This document shows positions 30,625 to 41,873 of a stretch of DNA of 64,000 bases, piece by piece. Within the stretch, counting starts at the first letter, position 1, and every line of letters starts with the position of its first letter. A program made the translations under genes and the position numbers. A model generated the notes under the pieces. It worked only from the letters and a program-made list of their open reading frames with translations. It did not search any database and was not told where the DNA came from. This DNA comes from a plasmid, in sequence record NZ_CP106961.1; one strand, 5' to 3'.

Positions 30625-31718
30625 CAGAGCACCTTTTTAATAATGGTCACGGCCCGGTACTGGCCAAGTGCATCACCCATTTCGGTAACGATGATCCCTT
30701 TATCGCGAGCCAGGCCTACCAGTAACTCGACATCCGGATCGCTGACTGAGCGTACAAACACATGATCGGGTACCCGGCGTAATACGGCGCGGGTTGCTTC
30801 AGCGATACCCGGTTTAATCCGGTTGATGCTGTCGACCGCATACCTGTCAGCAAGGAGGGTGATCACATCACGACTCTTCTGCCACAGGCCGGTATTCGCT
30901 GCCATATTCCAGTCGAGACCGGGTAAAGCCGCGGGATCGAGTTTTTCGCGATAAGCTGCAACCGTCCCGACCAGCGAGCGGCTGCATTCGTACTCATTCA
31001 GATGTTCGCACACGACGCAGCCGTGTAACCCTTCAGTAGTCCATACAGAGCGTGAAATAAGGCCTGATACCGGCGCCCCCATAATCCCGAACGGGATCAG
31101 CCAGTCATCATCGCCTGCCGCCAGCCAGGCGCAGCCACACGGGTCAGCGAGCACCACAAGGCGGGGGTGTTCCGGATAACCGCTGCGTCCTTCCAGTGAG
31201 CGAACCAGTTGACCCGTGATCGCGCCTTTACCGGTCCAGCCATCAACGAACACAATGCCCTGTGTGCCATGACGGGATTCAATGATATCCAGGGCAGCGG
31301 TATCGATGCCGCGATCACGAATGATGCTGATCCCGTAGTGGAAGGATGTTTTTCCCATGTCCCGCAGCGCCTGATGCAGCATCACGCCCAGCGGCACACC
31401 GGCCCGGACGAGACTTGCCAGAATAATGGGTTCATCACTAAAGCGGTTGGCCAGTTCGCGGGCAAGTTGTGTTACCTCGCGTGCCAGTCGGGCCGCGCCA
31501 CGATCCAGTGCGCGTGAGAATAAATCCAGATGCCAGGAGGTAGGGGCAGGCTCCTGGCTCAGCATGTCAGAATAATGCTTTTTGCCGGACTGGATCAGCG
31601 CCTCTTTTTGGTCAACCGGCGTCATTTCCATGTCAATGGGTTTGAGCAGGAACTGGACATCACTGGCGTCGTAAGAGCCCGAAAAAGGAATGAGTGGCTG
31701 CATCTTACTGTTCTCCAA
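30624..31718 (-). CDS. PRTase-like protein (StiP-family) of the ter-associated cluster
   Basis: PRPP-binding-like motif GIVFVDGWTGKGAI. Translationally coupled to its neighbours. Confidence 0.55.
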   Translation of the reverse strand: MENSKMQPLIPFSGSYDASDVQFLLKPIDMEMTPVDQKEALIQSGKKHYSDMLSQEPAPTSWHLDLFSRALDRGAARLAREVTQLARELANRFSDEPIILASLVRAGVPLGVMLHQALRDMGKTSFHYGISIIRDRGIDTAALDIIESRHGTQGIVFVDGWTGKGAITGQLVRSLEGRSGYPEHPRLVVLADPCGCAWLAAGDDDWLIPFGIMGAPVSGLISRSVWTTEGLHGCVVCEHLNEYECSRSLVGTVAAYREKLDPAALPGLDWNMAANTGLWQKSRDVITLLADRYAVDSINRIKPGIAEATRAVLRRVPDHVFVRSVSDPDVELLVGLARDKGIIVTEMGDALGQYRAVTIIKKVL

Positions 31719-32496
31719 AAATTTTCATCGAGACGGCTTCAGCGAACTGGCTTTGACGCGGGATCCCGTACCAGCTGCAGAGCTTCATAAAGCGGTGATC
31801 GCTAAGGCTGTCACCGAGCCCAATCACCGGGAATACACCGCGCTCGGCACGTAATTTGTTCAGCAACCAGGTGACGGCCAGACCTTTTTCCACGGGGTGA
31901 GGAAGCCAGGCAACATTGTTGCTGTTACGGTGGATATAGAAGTCCGCGACCGGGAATACCGCTTCAATCTCGTCTGCAATGGCATACAGCTCATCAAGCC
32001 GTGTGCTGTCGCGGTGCTTCATCACCAGATAGACGGGCGTGCCGTCATATTCATAGTTGAGTCGCGCCCAGGCATTAATGCCTCTGGCTTCCATCATCTC
32101 TGTGATGGCACGTTGCATGGAGATAAGCCTCTCTTCGTACTGCGCCAGGCTCTGCAACATGTGCGCTTTCCAGTCCTCGTCAGGCTGACCCTGTGGGTTC
32201 AGAATAACGGCGCCATGGGTTGTAATCGCCCAAGAGCGGAAGGGGATCTGCACGCGGCTGATTTCTTCAGTGCCGCGGGCCGTCACCGGAATAAGTTCAG
32301 CCTGCTCCAGTAACCAGTCCACCAGCATGGACTGCTCTTCAGTCATGAAGCTGCGTGGCGCTAAACTTCTGTCCAGCGCTCCGGTTTTAAAGGGCTCCAG
32401 CGCGAGCTCATCCACCATTTTGCGTCGGGTCTGGAAGAGGGTGTCATCAAGGTCACTCAGGACAACGGGTTTATTCATAGCTAATAATCTCCACAC
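31705..32496 (-). CDS. HAD-family phosphatase
   Basis: HAD motif I, VVLSDLDDTLF, near the N-terminus. Confidence 0.7.
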   Translation of the reverse strand: MWRLLAMNKPVVLSDLDDTLFQTRRKMVDELALEPFKTGALDRSLAPRSFMTEEQSMLVDWLLEQAELIPVTARGTEEISRVQIPFRSWAITTHGAVILNPQGQPDEDWKAHMLQSLAQYEERLISMQRAITEMMEARGINAWARLNYEYDGTPVYLVMKHRDSTRLDELYAIADEIEAVFPVADFYIHRNSNNVAWLPHPVEKGLAVTWLLNKLRAERGVFPVIGLGDSLSDHRFMKLCSWYGIPRQSQFAEAVSMKIFGEQ

Positions 32497-33613
32497 TGGC
32501 GGCTACTCCGGCCAGCGTCTTCATCAGGTGACTGTCCACGCTGGCCGCTGGCGTCTCGGTGCAAAGCAGAACGCGATCAAACCGCTGGTGCGCAACGTTG
32601 TATAAAAAGTTGGGAATGCCAAGACCGTAGTTATCCGTGAAGGCAATGGCCGACTGAATAGCGAAGCCTGTGGCTATCGGTGATCGGGTAGTGGAACTGT
32701 AAAACGCATCCGCACCGGCCGCGGCCAGACGCTCAGCAAGCAGGAACGGTTCCCACACAAATTCACCTGTGCCCAGCACCAGCACACGTTCTCCCGGTGA
32801 GGTGGTGATATTGCGCCCCAGGTCATTAGCGGGCGCCGTCATCCCCAGTCGGCCCCAGGACTGTTTGCCGGTGATGGGGAAGTTACCGCGGGAAGTCACA
32901 TTCACCGCTGGCATCACCGGGACGGGCGCGTCCGGGAGGGGTTCCCACTGCCATGCACCACTGACCAATGACAGCGTGCGCACCGGCAAAGGACAACGCG
33001 TTTCCAGCGCATCACCACTCCAGTCGGTGAGTGTGACAGCCACAACCTGCTCCAGCTGTGGCAACCGGCCAGTATTGCGCAATGCCGCAAGGAGATTGAT
33101 GAAGGTGTTACCGGTTGTGGCTTCATCATCAATCAGAACCAGGGTTCGCGCTTCGGTCACTCTGCGGCGCATTTCCACATCAGCGGGCAGGTAGATCAGA
33201 TGATCTGTCGCATGGCTGTGCTCTTCCTTAAATTCACACAGCAGTTCACCGTCCTGAGGATGGCGCGTTGAGGTCAGGTAAACGGAATCCGCGTACTGGT
33301 GGCGAAGTTCATCAAACACGCCAGCCCCGAGACCTACCGCAGTCTCGGCCATCCCGATAAACAGCACAGGTCCGGGAACAGACGCCGGAAACTGGCGGGC
33401 CAGACGCTGATATGCCTGACGCATTGTCGAAGGGGGAACCGGAATATGCCTGCCCAGCACTTTGCTGACAAAGAGAAAAGCACGTTTCGGGTTACGACGT
33501 TCAGCAATATCAAAAAGATCGTTAAGGGACATCTCGCCCCGGGCGCGTGTAACCTGAATCGTTCCGCACGACAATGCACGTCGATAAACAGTGTCTTCGT
33601 TCAACAGTGACAT
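32471..33613 (-). CDS. Phosphoribosyltransferase-domain protein (PRTase plus C-terminal extension)
   Basis: PRPP-binding motif LVLIDDEATTGNTF. Confidence 0.65.
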   Translation of the reverse strand: MSLLNEDTVYRRALSCGTIQVTRARGEMSLNDLFDIAERRNPKRAFLFVSKVLGRHIPVPPSTMRQAYQRLARQFPASVPGPVLFIGMAETAVGLGAGVFDELRHQYADSVYLTSTRHPQDGELLCEFKEEHSHATDHLIYLPADVEMRRRVTEARTLVLIDDEATTGNTFINLLAALRNTGRLPQLEQVVAVTLTDWSGDALETRCPLPVRTLSLVSGAWQWEPLPDAPVPVMPAVNVTSRGNFPITGKQSWGRLGMTAPANDLGRNITTSPGERVLVLGTGEFVWEPFLLAERLAAAGADAFYSSTTRSPIATGFAIQSAIAFTDNYGLGIPNFLYNVAHQRFDRVLLCTETPAASVDSHLMKTLAGVAASVEIISYE

Positions 33614-33621
33614 AGTGAGCC

Positions 33622-34707
33622 TTAATTAAGACGGTTGGTGAGGTCAGTTGGATAGACGATGACATCGGTAATGGATCGCACCGTTGCAGGCTTGAAGGAA
33701 ACCATCTCGTTATCCATCACTTCATTTTTCGACATCAGGCCCAGCTGGTGGAAGGCAAACAACCCCGGCAGATTTACGCCGCTGCGCAACGTGTATCCAA
33801 TCCCACCTGACGGACGCATGTTCGTTTCAAGCAGCACTGGCCTGCCGTTGTGGTCATTACGCGTCTGCACATTGATGAGGCCGTCCGCGTTCATAGCCCG
33901 GGCACAGTTACAGGCCAGCTCGTATGCTTCGCCGCAGTTGACAAGATACTGAAGCGCACCTTCTTTGCGACGTCCCACCGCAGCAAGGACTTCACCCTTG
34001 TGCGCCAGAATATCGACAGAATATTCGGGTCCAGGCAGATACGGCATCAAAACAAGGGGGGTAAACGACTTAGCGGCGCTCAGCGCTGCAATATACTGGC
34101 CGGGGTTCACGATCCGGTTGTCCGGGTTGTTGAATACCGCCATGGAGGAGGCCTCGTCATCGAAACGCCAGAATCCCATGCCATAAATACCCGTGACGGG
34201 TTTGACACAAAGCGGAGTATCCGCAAAAGGAGGATTAGCGAGATGGTCCTGCAGCGCCGAAATCGAGTTGATACGTACAGAAGGGACGACCGGCAGTCCA
34301 CATTGCTGCATAAAGTCAGCGAAAGTAACTTTATCGTCGGCAAGCTTCAGCCAGTCAGAAGCCGTCGCGCCAGTGGTGAGCGTAGCGCCCGACGCTTCGA
34401 TTGCAGCCCGATGTTGTTCGAACCACTGACAATTTCGTCCCGTATGAACAGCATTAATCCCATGTTTCCCGATAGTGTCGAGAATGAAAGCAAGGCGACT
34501 TTCCGGGTCAGAGGGCTCGATTAGCGCGTGGTCAGCAACGGCAAGTAATTCATTACGTTCATGACGATGAGAGGCATAAACAATAATATTAAAGTTATTA
34601 ATTTTAGCGAAAGACTTCATTCCCTGAATAATATCACGCTGTGATGAAAGTCCTTCCATAAGCCAAATTTTGTTTTTCATTTTTAATTTATTACCTGATA
34701 AATTCAA
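33622..34707 (-). CDS. ATP-grasp-family ligase, first gene of the ter-associated operon, divergent from terZ
   Basis: 361 aa with ATP-grasp-like glycine-rich and C-terminal motifs (PVTGIYGMGFW, LLETNMRPSGG). Confidence 0.65.
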   Translation of the reverse strand: MNLSGNKLKMKNKIWLMEGLSSQRDIIQGMKSFAKINNFNIIVYASHRHERNELLAVADHALIEPSDPESRLAFILDTIGKHGINAVHTGRNCQWFEQHRAAIEASGATLTTGATASDWLKLADDKVTFADFMQQCGLPVVPSVRINSISALQDHLANPPFADTPLCVKPVTGIYGMGFWRFDDEASSMAVFNNPDNRIVNPGQYIAALSAAKSFTPLVLMPYLPGPEYSVDILAHKGEVLAAVGRRKEGALQYLVNCGEAYELACNCARAMNADGLINVQTRNDHNGRPVLLETNMRPSGGIGYTLRSGVNLPGLFAFHQLGLMSKNEVMDNEMVSFKPATVRSITDVIVYPTDLTNRLN

Positions 34708-35005
34708 GCTGTTAAGGCGGTTATGAGAGTCTAAGAATCTCTTTAGATGATGTCAATCATAATATGATTGTTAAATGCGGGTATTTTCAACGCTGTGACT
34801 GTGATCAGGCTGGGGATTTTTACACTTATATTTCAGTTATTTGAAAGGAATAAACACGTAGCAATGTAGCGAAAATACAGCCCTGGTTCAAAAAACCCTA
34901 AAAATTTGCTCTTGCCTCACAACTTCATCATGATATGATTTTTTACGTTAGTGGATAAACGTTATCTCTGGGTTAACTTTCTCATCACCATTTAAGGAAA
35001 TAAAT

Positions 35006-35587
35006 ATGGTTTCATTAAGCAAGAATCAGACGGTTTCACTCACTAAACAATCTTCGGCACTCAGCCAGCTTCAGTTTGGCCTTGGCTGGGATCCAATCAA
35101 GAAAAAGGGGCTGCTGGGCGGGTTGTTTGGCGGCAGTGGCTCTATCGATCTGGATGCCGGATGTGTCCTGATGGACAGCGCCGGAAACAAAATCGACACC
35201 GTCTGGTTCCAGCAGCTGAAATCCAAATGTACGGCTGTTGTTCACAGCGGCGACAACCTGACGGGTGAAGGCGATGGTGATGATGAAGTGATCAATGTCT
35301 ATCTGAGCAAGCTGCCTGCAAATGTCGAGTACCTGGCCTTCACCGTGAACAGCTTCCGTGGTCAGTCGTTCAACGATGTTGATAATGCATTCTGCCGTGT
35401 AGTTGACCAGGCCAACAAAGAACTGGCCCGTTATCAGCTGACAGAGCAGGGCGCGCACACCGGCATCGTTATTGCGTCCCTGCGTCGTAATAATGGCAAC
35501 TGGGATTTCACGGCTCATGGCCACGCATGCCGCGGTCGTACGATTGCCGATATGCATGCCGATATCGTTTCGACGGTGGTCCGCTAA
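35006..35587 (+). CDS. terZ: Tellurite resistance protein TerZ (TerD-family)
   Basis: 193 aa with a TerD-domain signature ([13 protein letters not shown]). Confidence 0.85.
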   Translation: MVSLSKNQTVSLTKQSSALSQLQFGLGWDPIKKKGLLGGLFGGSGSIDLDAGCVLMDSAGNKIDTVWFQQLKSKCTAVVHSGDNLTGEGDGDDEVINVYLSKLPANVEYLAFTVNSFRGQSFNDVDNAFCRVVDQANKELARYQLTEQGAHTGIVIASLRRNNGNWDFTAHGHACRGRTIADMHADIVSTVVR

Positions 35588-36762
35588 TGAACCTGACGCC
35601 GGGGGGCAATGCCCCCGTACCATCACAGGAGCTCCGGGTTCGGATCACCTCAGGTGGACCGGTTGACGCCTCAGCGTTTCGTCTTTATGCAGACGGAAAA
35701 GTGCAGGGTGATGCGGATATGGTCTTCTACGGCCAGCTGCGCAACGATGATGGCACTGTCAGCCTGGTGAGTGAGGGGCAGTATTCAACATTTACTGTCG
35801 CGCTTAACCGGCTGAAGACCGATGTCCAGAAAATTGCCTTTACCGTTACCTGTGACGGTGGGCAGACCGTTGCTGGTCTTCGCAATCTGTCTATTGACGT
35901 AGAGCAGGGTGCAACCCGTCTGGTTAGCGGCGTCGTGGATTTAACGGGCCGTCAGGAAGCTGCGCTCATTCTGGGTGAATTCTATCGTCGTAATAATGAC
36001 TGGAAATTCCGCTTTGTTGCTCAGGGTTTCAATGGCGGACTAAAGCCGCTGGCGGAACACTTTGGTGTTGATATCGCAGACTCACCAGCACCAGCACCAG
36101 CACCGACAACGGCGCCGTCTACCGTTACGCCACCAGCACCTGCGCCAGCTGCAAATAAAGTAAACCTGAGCAAGGTTTCCCTGACAAAAGAGAAACCAGC
36201 AATCAGCCTTGCCAAACGCGATAACTTCGGGGAGATCCGTATCAATCTCAACTGGAATCGCGCAAGCGGTAGCTCAGGACTAAGGGGCATGTTTGGTTCC
36301 AAAGGGATTGATCTGGATCTGGGTGCCTTTGTAGAGCTGGAAGACGGTTACAAATCGGTAATACAGGCGCTGGGTAATGCCTTCGGTGATTATCATGACG
36401 AACCTTACGTTCAGCTGCAGGGCGATGATCGTACTGGCGACAATGCTTCAGGTGAATGGCTGCACATCAACGGCCGCGAATGGAAGCACGTTCGTGAGGT
36501 CCTGATCTATGCCTTCATTTACGAAGGTGCGGCCAGCTGGGATAAAACGGATGGGATCGTCACAATCCATGTTCCGGATCAGCCGCCTATTGAAACCCGG
36601 CTGACAGAGGGTGATAACCGTCGCACCTTGTGTGCGATTGCCCGTCTTGTCAACGAAAATGGCGCCATCAGGGTGGAGCGAATCAACCAGTATTTTAAAG
36701 GTCAGTCTGAAATGGACAAGGCCTTTAACTGGGGCTTTCGCTGGAGCGCCGGTTCCAAATAA
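35587..36762 (+). CDS. terA: Tellurite resistance protein TerA (tandem TerD domains)
   Basis: ATG overlaps the terZ stop (TAATG). It has two TerD-like halves, separated by an (APAP)n linker in the middle. Confidence 0.8.
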   Translation: MNLTPGGNAPVPSQELRVRITSGGPVDASAFRLYADGKVQGDADMVFYGQLRNDDGTVSLVSEGQYSTFTVALNRLKTDVQKIAFTVTCDGGQTVAGLRNLSIDVEQGATRLVSGVVDLTGRQEAALILGEFYRRNNDWKFRFVAQGFNGGLKPLAEHFGVDIADSPAPAPAPTTAPSTVTPPAPAPAANKVNLSKVSLTKEKPAISLAKRDNFGEIRINLNWNRASGSSGLRGMFGSKGIDLDLGAFVELEDGYKSVIQALGNAFGDYHDEPYVQLQGDDRTGDNASGEWLHINGREWKHVREVLIYAFIYEGAASWDKTDGIVTIHVPDQPPIETRLTEGDNRRTLCAIARLVNENGAIRVERINQYFKGQSEMDKAFNWGFRWSAGSK

Positions 36763-36784
36763 CGTCACATCAAAGGATTTAACC

Positions 36785-37240
36785 ATGAGTTTTTTCGACA
36801 AAGTAAAAGGTGCGCTCAATTCAGGGCGCGACGAACTGACCCGTCAGGTCGGCCGTTTCAAAAATAAGAAGTTCATGCAGGGTACAGTCGCTGTCTGCGC
36901 CCGTATTGCTGCCGCCAGTGACGGCGTAAGCTCGGAAGAAAAACAGAAAATGATGGGTTTTCTGCGTGCTTCCGAAGAACTGAAGATTTTCGATACCAAT
37001 GAAGTTATCGAGTTCTTCAACAAACTGGTTTCAAGTTTCGATTTCGATGTCGAGATTGGTAAAGGTGAAACCATGAAGTACATCCTGGCGCTGAAAGATC
37101 AGCCTGAAGCCGCACAACTGGCATTACGCGTGGGTATTGCTGTTGGTAAAAGCGACGGCAACTTTGACCAGGATGAGAAAGCAGCCGCACGTGAAATCGC
37201 AGTCGCGCTCGGCTTTGATCCGGCTGAATTCGGCCTCTGA
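36785..37240 (+). CDS. terB: Tellurite resistance protein TerB
   Basis: 151 aa, MSFFDKVKGALNSGRDELTRQVGRFKNKKFMQGTVAVCARIAAASDGVSSEEKQKM. Confidence 0.85.
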   Translation: MSFFDKVKGALNSGRDELTRQVGRFKNKKFMQGTVAVCARIAAASDGVSSEEKQKMMGFLRASEELKIFDTNEVIEFFNKLVSSFDFDVEIGKGETMKYILALKDQPEAAQLALRVGIAVGKSDGNFDQDEKAAAREIAVALGFDPAEFGL

Positions 37241-37263
37241 GTTACATCCTTTAAAGGTAAATT

Positions 37264-38304
37264 ATGGTTTCGACACATATTGGTTTTCCGGTTGAGACAG
37301 TCACAGTGTTTATTGCGCTGTCACTCGGTGCCATTTTCATTGACCTGTTCATGCACCGTCATGACAAGCCAATTTCACTGAAAAGTGCCGCGCTGTGGTC
37401 CGTTTTCTGGGTCATTGTCGCGATGGCATTTGCCGGGTTCCTGTACATCCATCACGGTGCTGAAGTCGCGAGCCTGTTCGTCACCGGCTATGCACTAGAA
37501 AAGGTGCTTTCTGTCGACAACCTGTTCGTGATGATGGCCATTTTCTCCTGGTTCTCGGTACCGGATCGTTTCCGTCACCGTGTGCTCTACTGGGGCATTA
37601 TTGGCGCCATCGTCTTCAGGGGCATTTTTGTGGCCATCGGTGCTGGCCTGCTGAGCCTGGGGCCGTATGTTGAAGTGGTATTCGCCCTCATTGTCGCCTG
37701 GACGGCTGTCATGATGCTCAGAAGTGGCGGTGATGAAGAGGAAGTCGAAGACTATTCGCAGCATCTTGCATACCGGATGGTTAAACGCTTCTTCCCGATC
37801 TGGCCAAAACTGCAGGGTCACGCTTTCCTTCTGTCTCAGAAAGAAGTGGATGCCGAGCTGGCAAAACCTGAAAACAAAGATGTGACCATCGGTCGCGGTA
37901 AGAAAGCATGGCGCTATGCCACGCCGCTGATGCTCTGTGTGGCAGTAGTGGAGCTCTCCGATGTCATGTTTGCGTTTGACTCGGTACCGGCCATCATTGC
38001 CGTCAGCCGTGAGCCACTGATTGTCTACAGTGCCATGATGTTTGCTATCCTGGGCCTTCGTACCCTGTATTTCGTACTCGAAGCCCTGAAGCAGTATCTG
38101 GTGCATCTGGAAAAAGCGGTGATCGTGTTGCTGTTCTTCATCGCAGCCAAACTGGGGCTGAACGCAACAGACCATATCTGGCACCACGGGTATAATATTG
38201 CGGCCACCACCAGCCTGTACGTCGTGCTGGGTGTCCTGGCCGTCGGGATCATTGCAAGCGTCATGTTCCCGGGCAAACCAGAAACAGAGGGAAAGGAGAG
38301 CTAA
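37264..38304 (+). CDS. terC: Integral membrane protein TerC
   Basis: 346 aa with multiple transmembrane segments. Gene order matches the ter operon. Confidence 0.85.
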   Translation: MVSTHIGFPVETVTVFIALSLGAIFIDLFMHRHDKPISLKSAALWSVFWVIVAMAFAGFLYIHHGAEVASLFVTGYALEKVLSVDNLFVMMAIFSWFSVPDRFRHRVLYWGIIGAIVFRGIFVAIGAGLLSLGPYVEVVFALIVAWTAVMMLRSGGDEEEVEDYSQHLAYRMVKRFFPIWPKLQGHAFLLSQKEVDAELAKPENKDVTIGRGKKAWRYATPLMLCVAVVELSDVMFAFDSVPAIIAVSREPLIVYSAMMFAILGLRTLYFVLEALKQYLVHLEKAVIVLLFFIAAKLGLNATDHIWHHGYNIAATTSLYVVLGVLAVGIIASVMFPGKPETEGKES

Positions 38305-38352
38305 TCTCCTGAGAATTTCACTAATTCCATAACTAATGCATGAGGCTGAACT

Positions 38353-38931
38353 ATGAGTGTTTCTCTTTCGAAAGGCGGTAACGTATCCCTGAGCAAAGCC
38401 GCTCCAACCATGAAAAATGTTCTGGTTGGTCTGGGCTGGGATGCACGTTCTACTGACGGGCAGGACTTCGACCTGGATGCGTCCGCATTCCTGCTGAATG
38501 CGAACGGCAAAGTGCGAAACGATGCAGATTTCATTTTCTATAACAACCTGAAGTCAGCTGACGGCTCTGTTACCCATACCGGTGATAACCGTACCGGTGA
38601 AGGCGATGGCGATGATGAATCCCTGAAAATCAAACTGGATACTATCCCGGCCGACGTGGACAAAATTGTGTTCGTGGTGACCATCCATGATGCACAGGCC
38701 CGTCGTCAGAGCTTTGGCCAGGTGTCCGGCGCGTTTATCCGCCTGGTGAACGACGATAACCAGACTGAAGTCGCTCGTTACGATCTGACTGAAGATGCCT
38801 CCACAGAAACCGCCATGCTGTTTGGCGAACTGTATCGTCACAATACCGAATGGAAGTTCCGTGCGGTCGGCCAGGGTTATGCCGGTGGTCTGTCTTCCGT
38901 GTGTGCCCAGTACGGCATTAACGCGTCCTGA
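38353..38931 (+). CDS. terD: Tellurite resistance protein TerD
   Basis: 192 aa, [15 protein letters not shown]...[13 protein letters not shown]. Confidence 0.9.
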   Translation: MSVSLSKGGNVSLSKAAPTMKNVLVGLGWDARSTDGQDFDLDASAFLLNANGKVRNDADFIFYNNLKSADGSVTHTGDNRTGEGDGDDESLKIKLDTIPADVDKIVFVVTIHDAQARRQSFGQVSGAFIRLVNDDNQTEVARYDLTEDASTETAMLFGELYRHNTEWKFRAVGQGYAGGLSSVCAQYGINAS

Positions 38932-39000
38932 TAAAAGTCGCTTTTCTGTCCCCGGGCTGTTCATTCAGCCCAAACCCTAATTAATAGCAGGAGCTTAACA

Positions 39001-39576
39001 ATGGCAGTTTCTCTCGTTAAAGGCGGTAACGTATCCCTTACTAAAGAAGCACCAACCATGAACGTAGCGATGGTTGGTCTGGGATGGGATGCGCGTGTCA
39101 CTGACGGCCAGCCATTCGACCTGGATGCGTCTGTGTTCGCGGTAGGTGATGACGGTAAAGTGCTTTCTGATCAGCACTTCATTTTCTTCAACAACAAAAC
39201 CAGCCCTGACGGCGCCGTGGAACACCAGGGCGACAACCGTACTGGTGAAGGTGATGGCGATGATGAGTCGGTCAAAATTGATCTGACCAAAGTGTCAGCT
39301 GACATCAAAAAACTGGTGTTCGCCGTGACCATCTATGACGCTGAAGTCCGTAAGCAAAACTTCGGCATGGTGAGCAACAGCTTCATGCGTGTCTATAACA
39401 ATGACAACGCCGCGGAGATCGCACGCTTCGATCTGTCTGAAGACGCATCCACCGAAACCGCTATGATCTTTGGCGAACTGTACCGCCATGGCGCCGAATG
39501 GAAATTTAAAGCCGTAGGCCAGGGTTTTGCCGGTGGATTATCGGCACTGGCTTCCCAGCACGGTGTTAATATCTAA
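39001..39576 (+). CDS. terE: Tellurite resistance protein TerE
   Basis: 191 aa paralogue of TerD ([15 protein letters not shown]...). Confidence 0.9.
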   Translation: MAVSLVKGGNVSLTKEAPTMNVAMVGLGWDARVTDGQPFDLDASVFAVGDDGKVLSDQHFIFFNNKTSPDGAVEHQGDNRTGEGDGDDESVKIDLTKVSADIKKLVFAVTIYDAEVRKQNFGMVSNSFMRVYNNDNAAEIARFDLSEDASTETAMIFGELYRHGAEWKFKAVGQGFAGGLSALASQHGVNI

Positions 39577-39593
39577 TAATAATTACATACTCA

Positions 39594-39621
39594 ACCCCGG
39601 TGCTGTCACCGGGTTTTTTTA
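39594..39621 (+). terminator. Rho-independent terminator after terE
   Basis: aaccccggtgctgtcaccgggttttttt. Confidence 0.7.
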
Positions 39622-39634
39622 TAGGTGTCAGCAC

Positions 39635-40294
39635 ATGGCAAAGAAAAAAAATGAAGGCAGTGGTGAAATGTTCATACTGTTTTTCATCGTAGCTGCATGT
39701 TTACTATTTCTTCCATTTCTAATTTTTACAGCTAATCGGTATCGTAAGCTTAAACGAAAGTACAATGCGATGCCTAACCTCCAGCGCGTTTACGATGTAA
39801 AGCTGATATTCACAAACTTTGCTGCGGTTGTTTTGTTGGTTGCTTTAATAGCTCTCTGTCTTTTCTTGTTCACATATTACATAACTGCATATATTTACCC
39901 CGAAGCTCTACCATATGTCATGCTCACATTGTTAATTGCTTTCCCGATTGCAATGTTCTGGCCATTAAAAAAGGCGGCTGAATACATCGCGATTGATTAT
40001 ATGGGCGTCATTTTCAATGATAACGACGGTACAATGATTTTTCCGGCAGACAGTGGTAATCAATCTTTAAGCGACATTGTACGACTGAGATTTTTGCACC
40101 GCATCTCAGAGCAGGATATTATCTCTATCAGCAGGATCACCAGCGTAACCCGTGAAAAAGGTGTGAAGTTCTTCATTCATGGAGATTTTGGTTCACGACT
40201 ATTTTATTTTTCGAGTAAGCAAAAGCGTGACGAATGCCTTTCAGCGCTGCAGGCCAGAACCCGCGTAAAGGGTGGCAGAGACTACGGTTACTAA
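39635..40294 (+). CDS. Small membrane protein (219 aa, about 4 transmembrane segments) inserted between terE and the TerF-like gene
   Basis: [31 protein letters not shown]... hydrophobic segments. No known family motif was recognised. Confidence 0.5.
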   Translation: MAKKKNEGSGEMFILFFIVAACLLFLPFLIFTANRYRKLKRKYNAMPNLQRVYDVKLIFTNFAAVVLLVALIALCLFLFTYYITAYIYPEALPYVMLTLLIAFPIAMFWPLKKAAEYIAIDYMGVIFNDNDGTMIFPADSGNQSLSDIVRLRFLHRISEQDIISISRITSVTREKGVKFFIHGDFGSRLFYFSSKQKRDECLSALQARTRVKGGRDYGY

Positions 40295-40310
40295 ACAAGG
40301 AACAGAAGCC

Positions 40311-41576
40311 ATGCAATTACAGTCAGGTCAGAATATCTCTCTAACTTCATCCTCTATCACGCTCAACCTGCGATATCCGGTGCGCCCGGGTTTTCGCGGC
40401 GAACCCGATACCTGCGTTTTTATGCTCAACGCACAGGGTAAGGTGAGCGGTGATAACGATTTCATCTTTTTTAATAATCTGAGTTCACCGGAGGGCGCCG
40501 TTAAACTGACTCCCGGGACACAGCAATCAAGCGTGCATATTGAACTTAACCGCGTTTCATCGGCTGTTCAGAAAATTGCCTTAACTCTGGTCATCGACGG
40601 CAGCGATACCATGACCGGCCTGCAGCAGCTGAGCCTGCAGGCACCCGGCATCGCATCCTTCGAACCGGAAACAGCAGGGCGCAGCGAGAAAGCCATTATC
40701 GTGGCGGAGGTCTATCGCCATAACGGCAACTGGAAGCTCCGGGCCCTTGGCCAGGGATTCAATGGCGGGCTTGAGCCGCTTGCCGTCAGCTACGGTGTAG
40801 ACGTGTCATCTCCAGCCCCGGCACCGGCACCATCACCGGCTCCACAACATACAGCAGCTCCGGTAATCAGTCTGGAGAAAAAGCTGGAGAAACAAGCCCC
40901 ACGTCTGGTCAGCCTTGCGAAAAAAGCGACCGTCAGCCTGACCAAACACAAGCTTAATACGCTCCAGGCGAGCGTAGCGTTCGTGCTCGATGCATCTGGC
41001 TCAATGAGCGGAGAGTTTTCAAGAGGGCATGTGCAGTCTGTACTGGATCGCATCGCTGTTCTTGCCGTTCAGTTTGATGATGATGGTGAAATGGATCTTT
41101 GGGGCTTTGCTGAAAAGCACCGGAAATACCAGAATGTCACGCTGAGTAATCTCGATAATTATGTCGAAACCATTCAGGGTAGTGGCAAACGTTCAAGGTG
41201 GGAATTATTGCCGGGCCTCGGCGGTGTGAATAATGAGCCTCCGGTCCTCGAAGAGATTGTTGATTACTACCGTGACAGCAAATTGCCTGTTTATGTCGTG
41301 TTTATCACTGATGGTGGAATCAGTAAAACAAAAGCGATAAAAGATGCTATTCGTCGATCCGCAAATTACCCAATCTTCTGGAAATTTGTGGGCCTTGGTG
41401 GTTCGAATTATGGCATCCTGAAAAACCTTGATGATTTTACTGATCGCAAAATCGATAATACGCACTTCTTTGCCATGGATAATTTCGCCAGTGTCAGCGA
41501 TGAAGACCTTTATGATAATCTTCTGGAAGAATTTCGAACGTGGATTGATGAAGCTAATTTAAAGAGCATTCTGTAA
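40311..41576 (+). CDS. terF: TerF-like protein: N-terminal TerD domain plus C-terminal vWA-like domain
   Basis: The TerD-like N-terminus ([13 protein letters not shown]..., [14 protein letters not shown]) is joined by an [10 protein letters not shown] linker to a vWA-like region ([13 protein letters not shown]). An AAGGA ribosome-binding site lies upstream. Confidence 0.65.
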   Translation: MQLQSGQNISLTSSSITLNLRYPVRPGFRGEPDTCVFMLNAQGKVSGDNDFIFFNNLSSPEGAVKLTPGTQQSSVHIELNRVSSAVQKIALTLVIDGSDTMTGLQQLSLQAPGIASFEPETAGRSEKAIIVAEVYRHNGNWKLRALGQGFNGGLEPLAVSYGVDVSSPAPAPAPSPAPQHTAAPVISLEKKLEKQAPRLVSLAKKATVSLTKHKLNTLQASVAFVLDASGSMSGEFSRGHVQSVLDRIAVLAVQFDDDGEMDLWGFAEKHRKYQNVTLSNLDNYVETIQGSGKRSRWELLPGLGGVNNEPPVLEEIVDYYRDSKLPVYVVFITDGGISKTKAIKDAIRRSANYPIFWKFVGLGGSNYGILKNLDDFTDRKIDNTHFFAMDNFASVSDEDLYDNLLEEFRTWIDEANLKSIL

Positions 41577-41873
41577 TTTAATAGAGCTTCCTAATTGGCA
41601 GAATTGCCATGTTCTGCCATGATCAAATTTTTGAGCGTCTTTGATGTTTAGACGTTAGCAGGAATTAAAGGTGATAGCTTATTTCGCATTGTCGAAATCC
41701 ACTTTTCTTATGAGAAATGATGCGTTAAAGGATTTTAATATTATGTACAGGCTTGATGATGTATTTGCCTGTATTAGTAATATAATACAGCACAACAAAT
41801 CAGATTATACAACTTTTGGGTGATGCTGCCAACTTACTGATTTAGTGTATGATGGTGTTTTTGAGGTGCTCCA

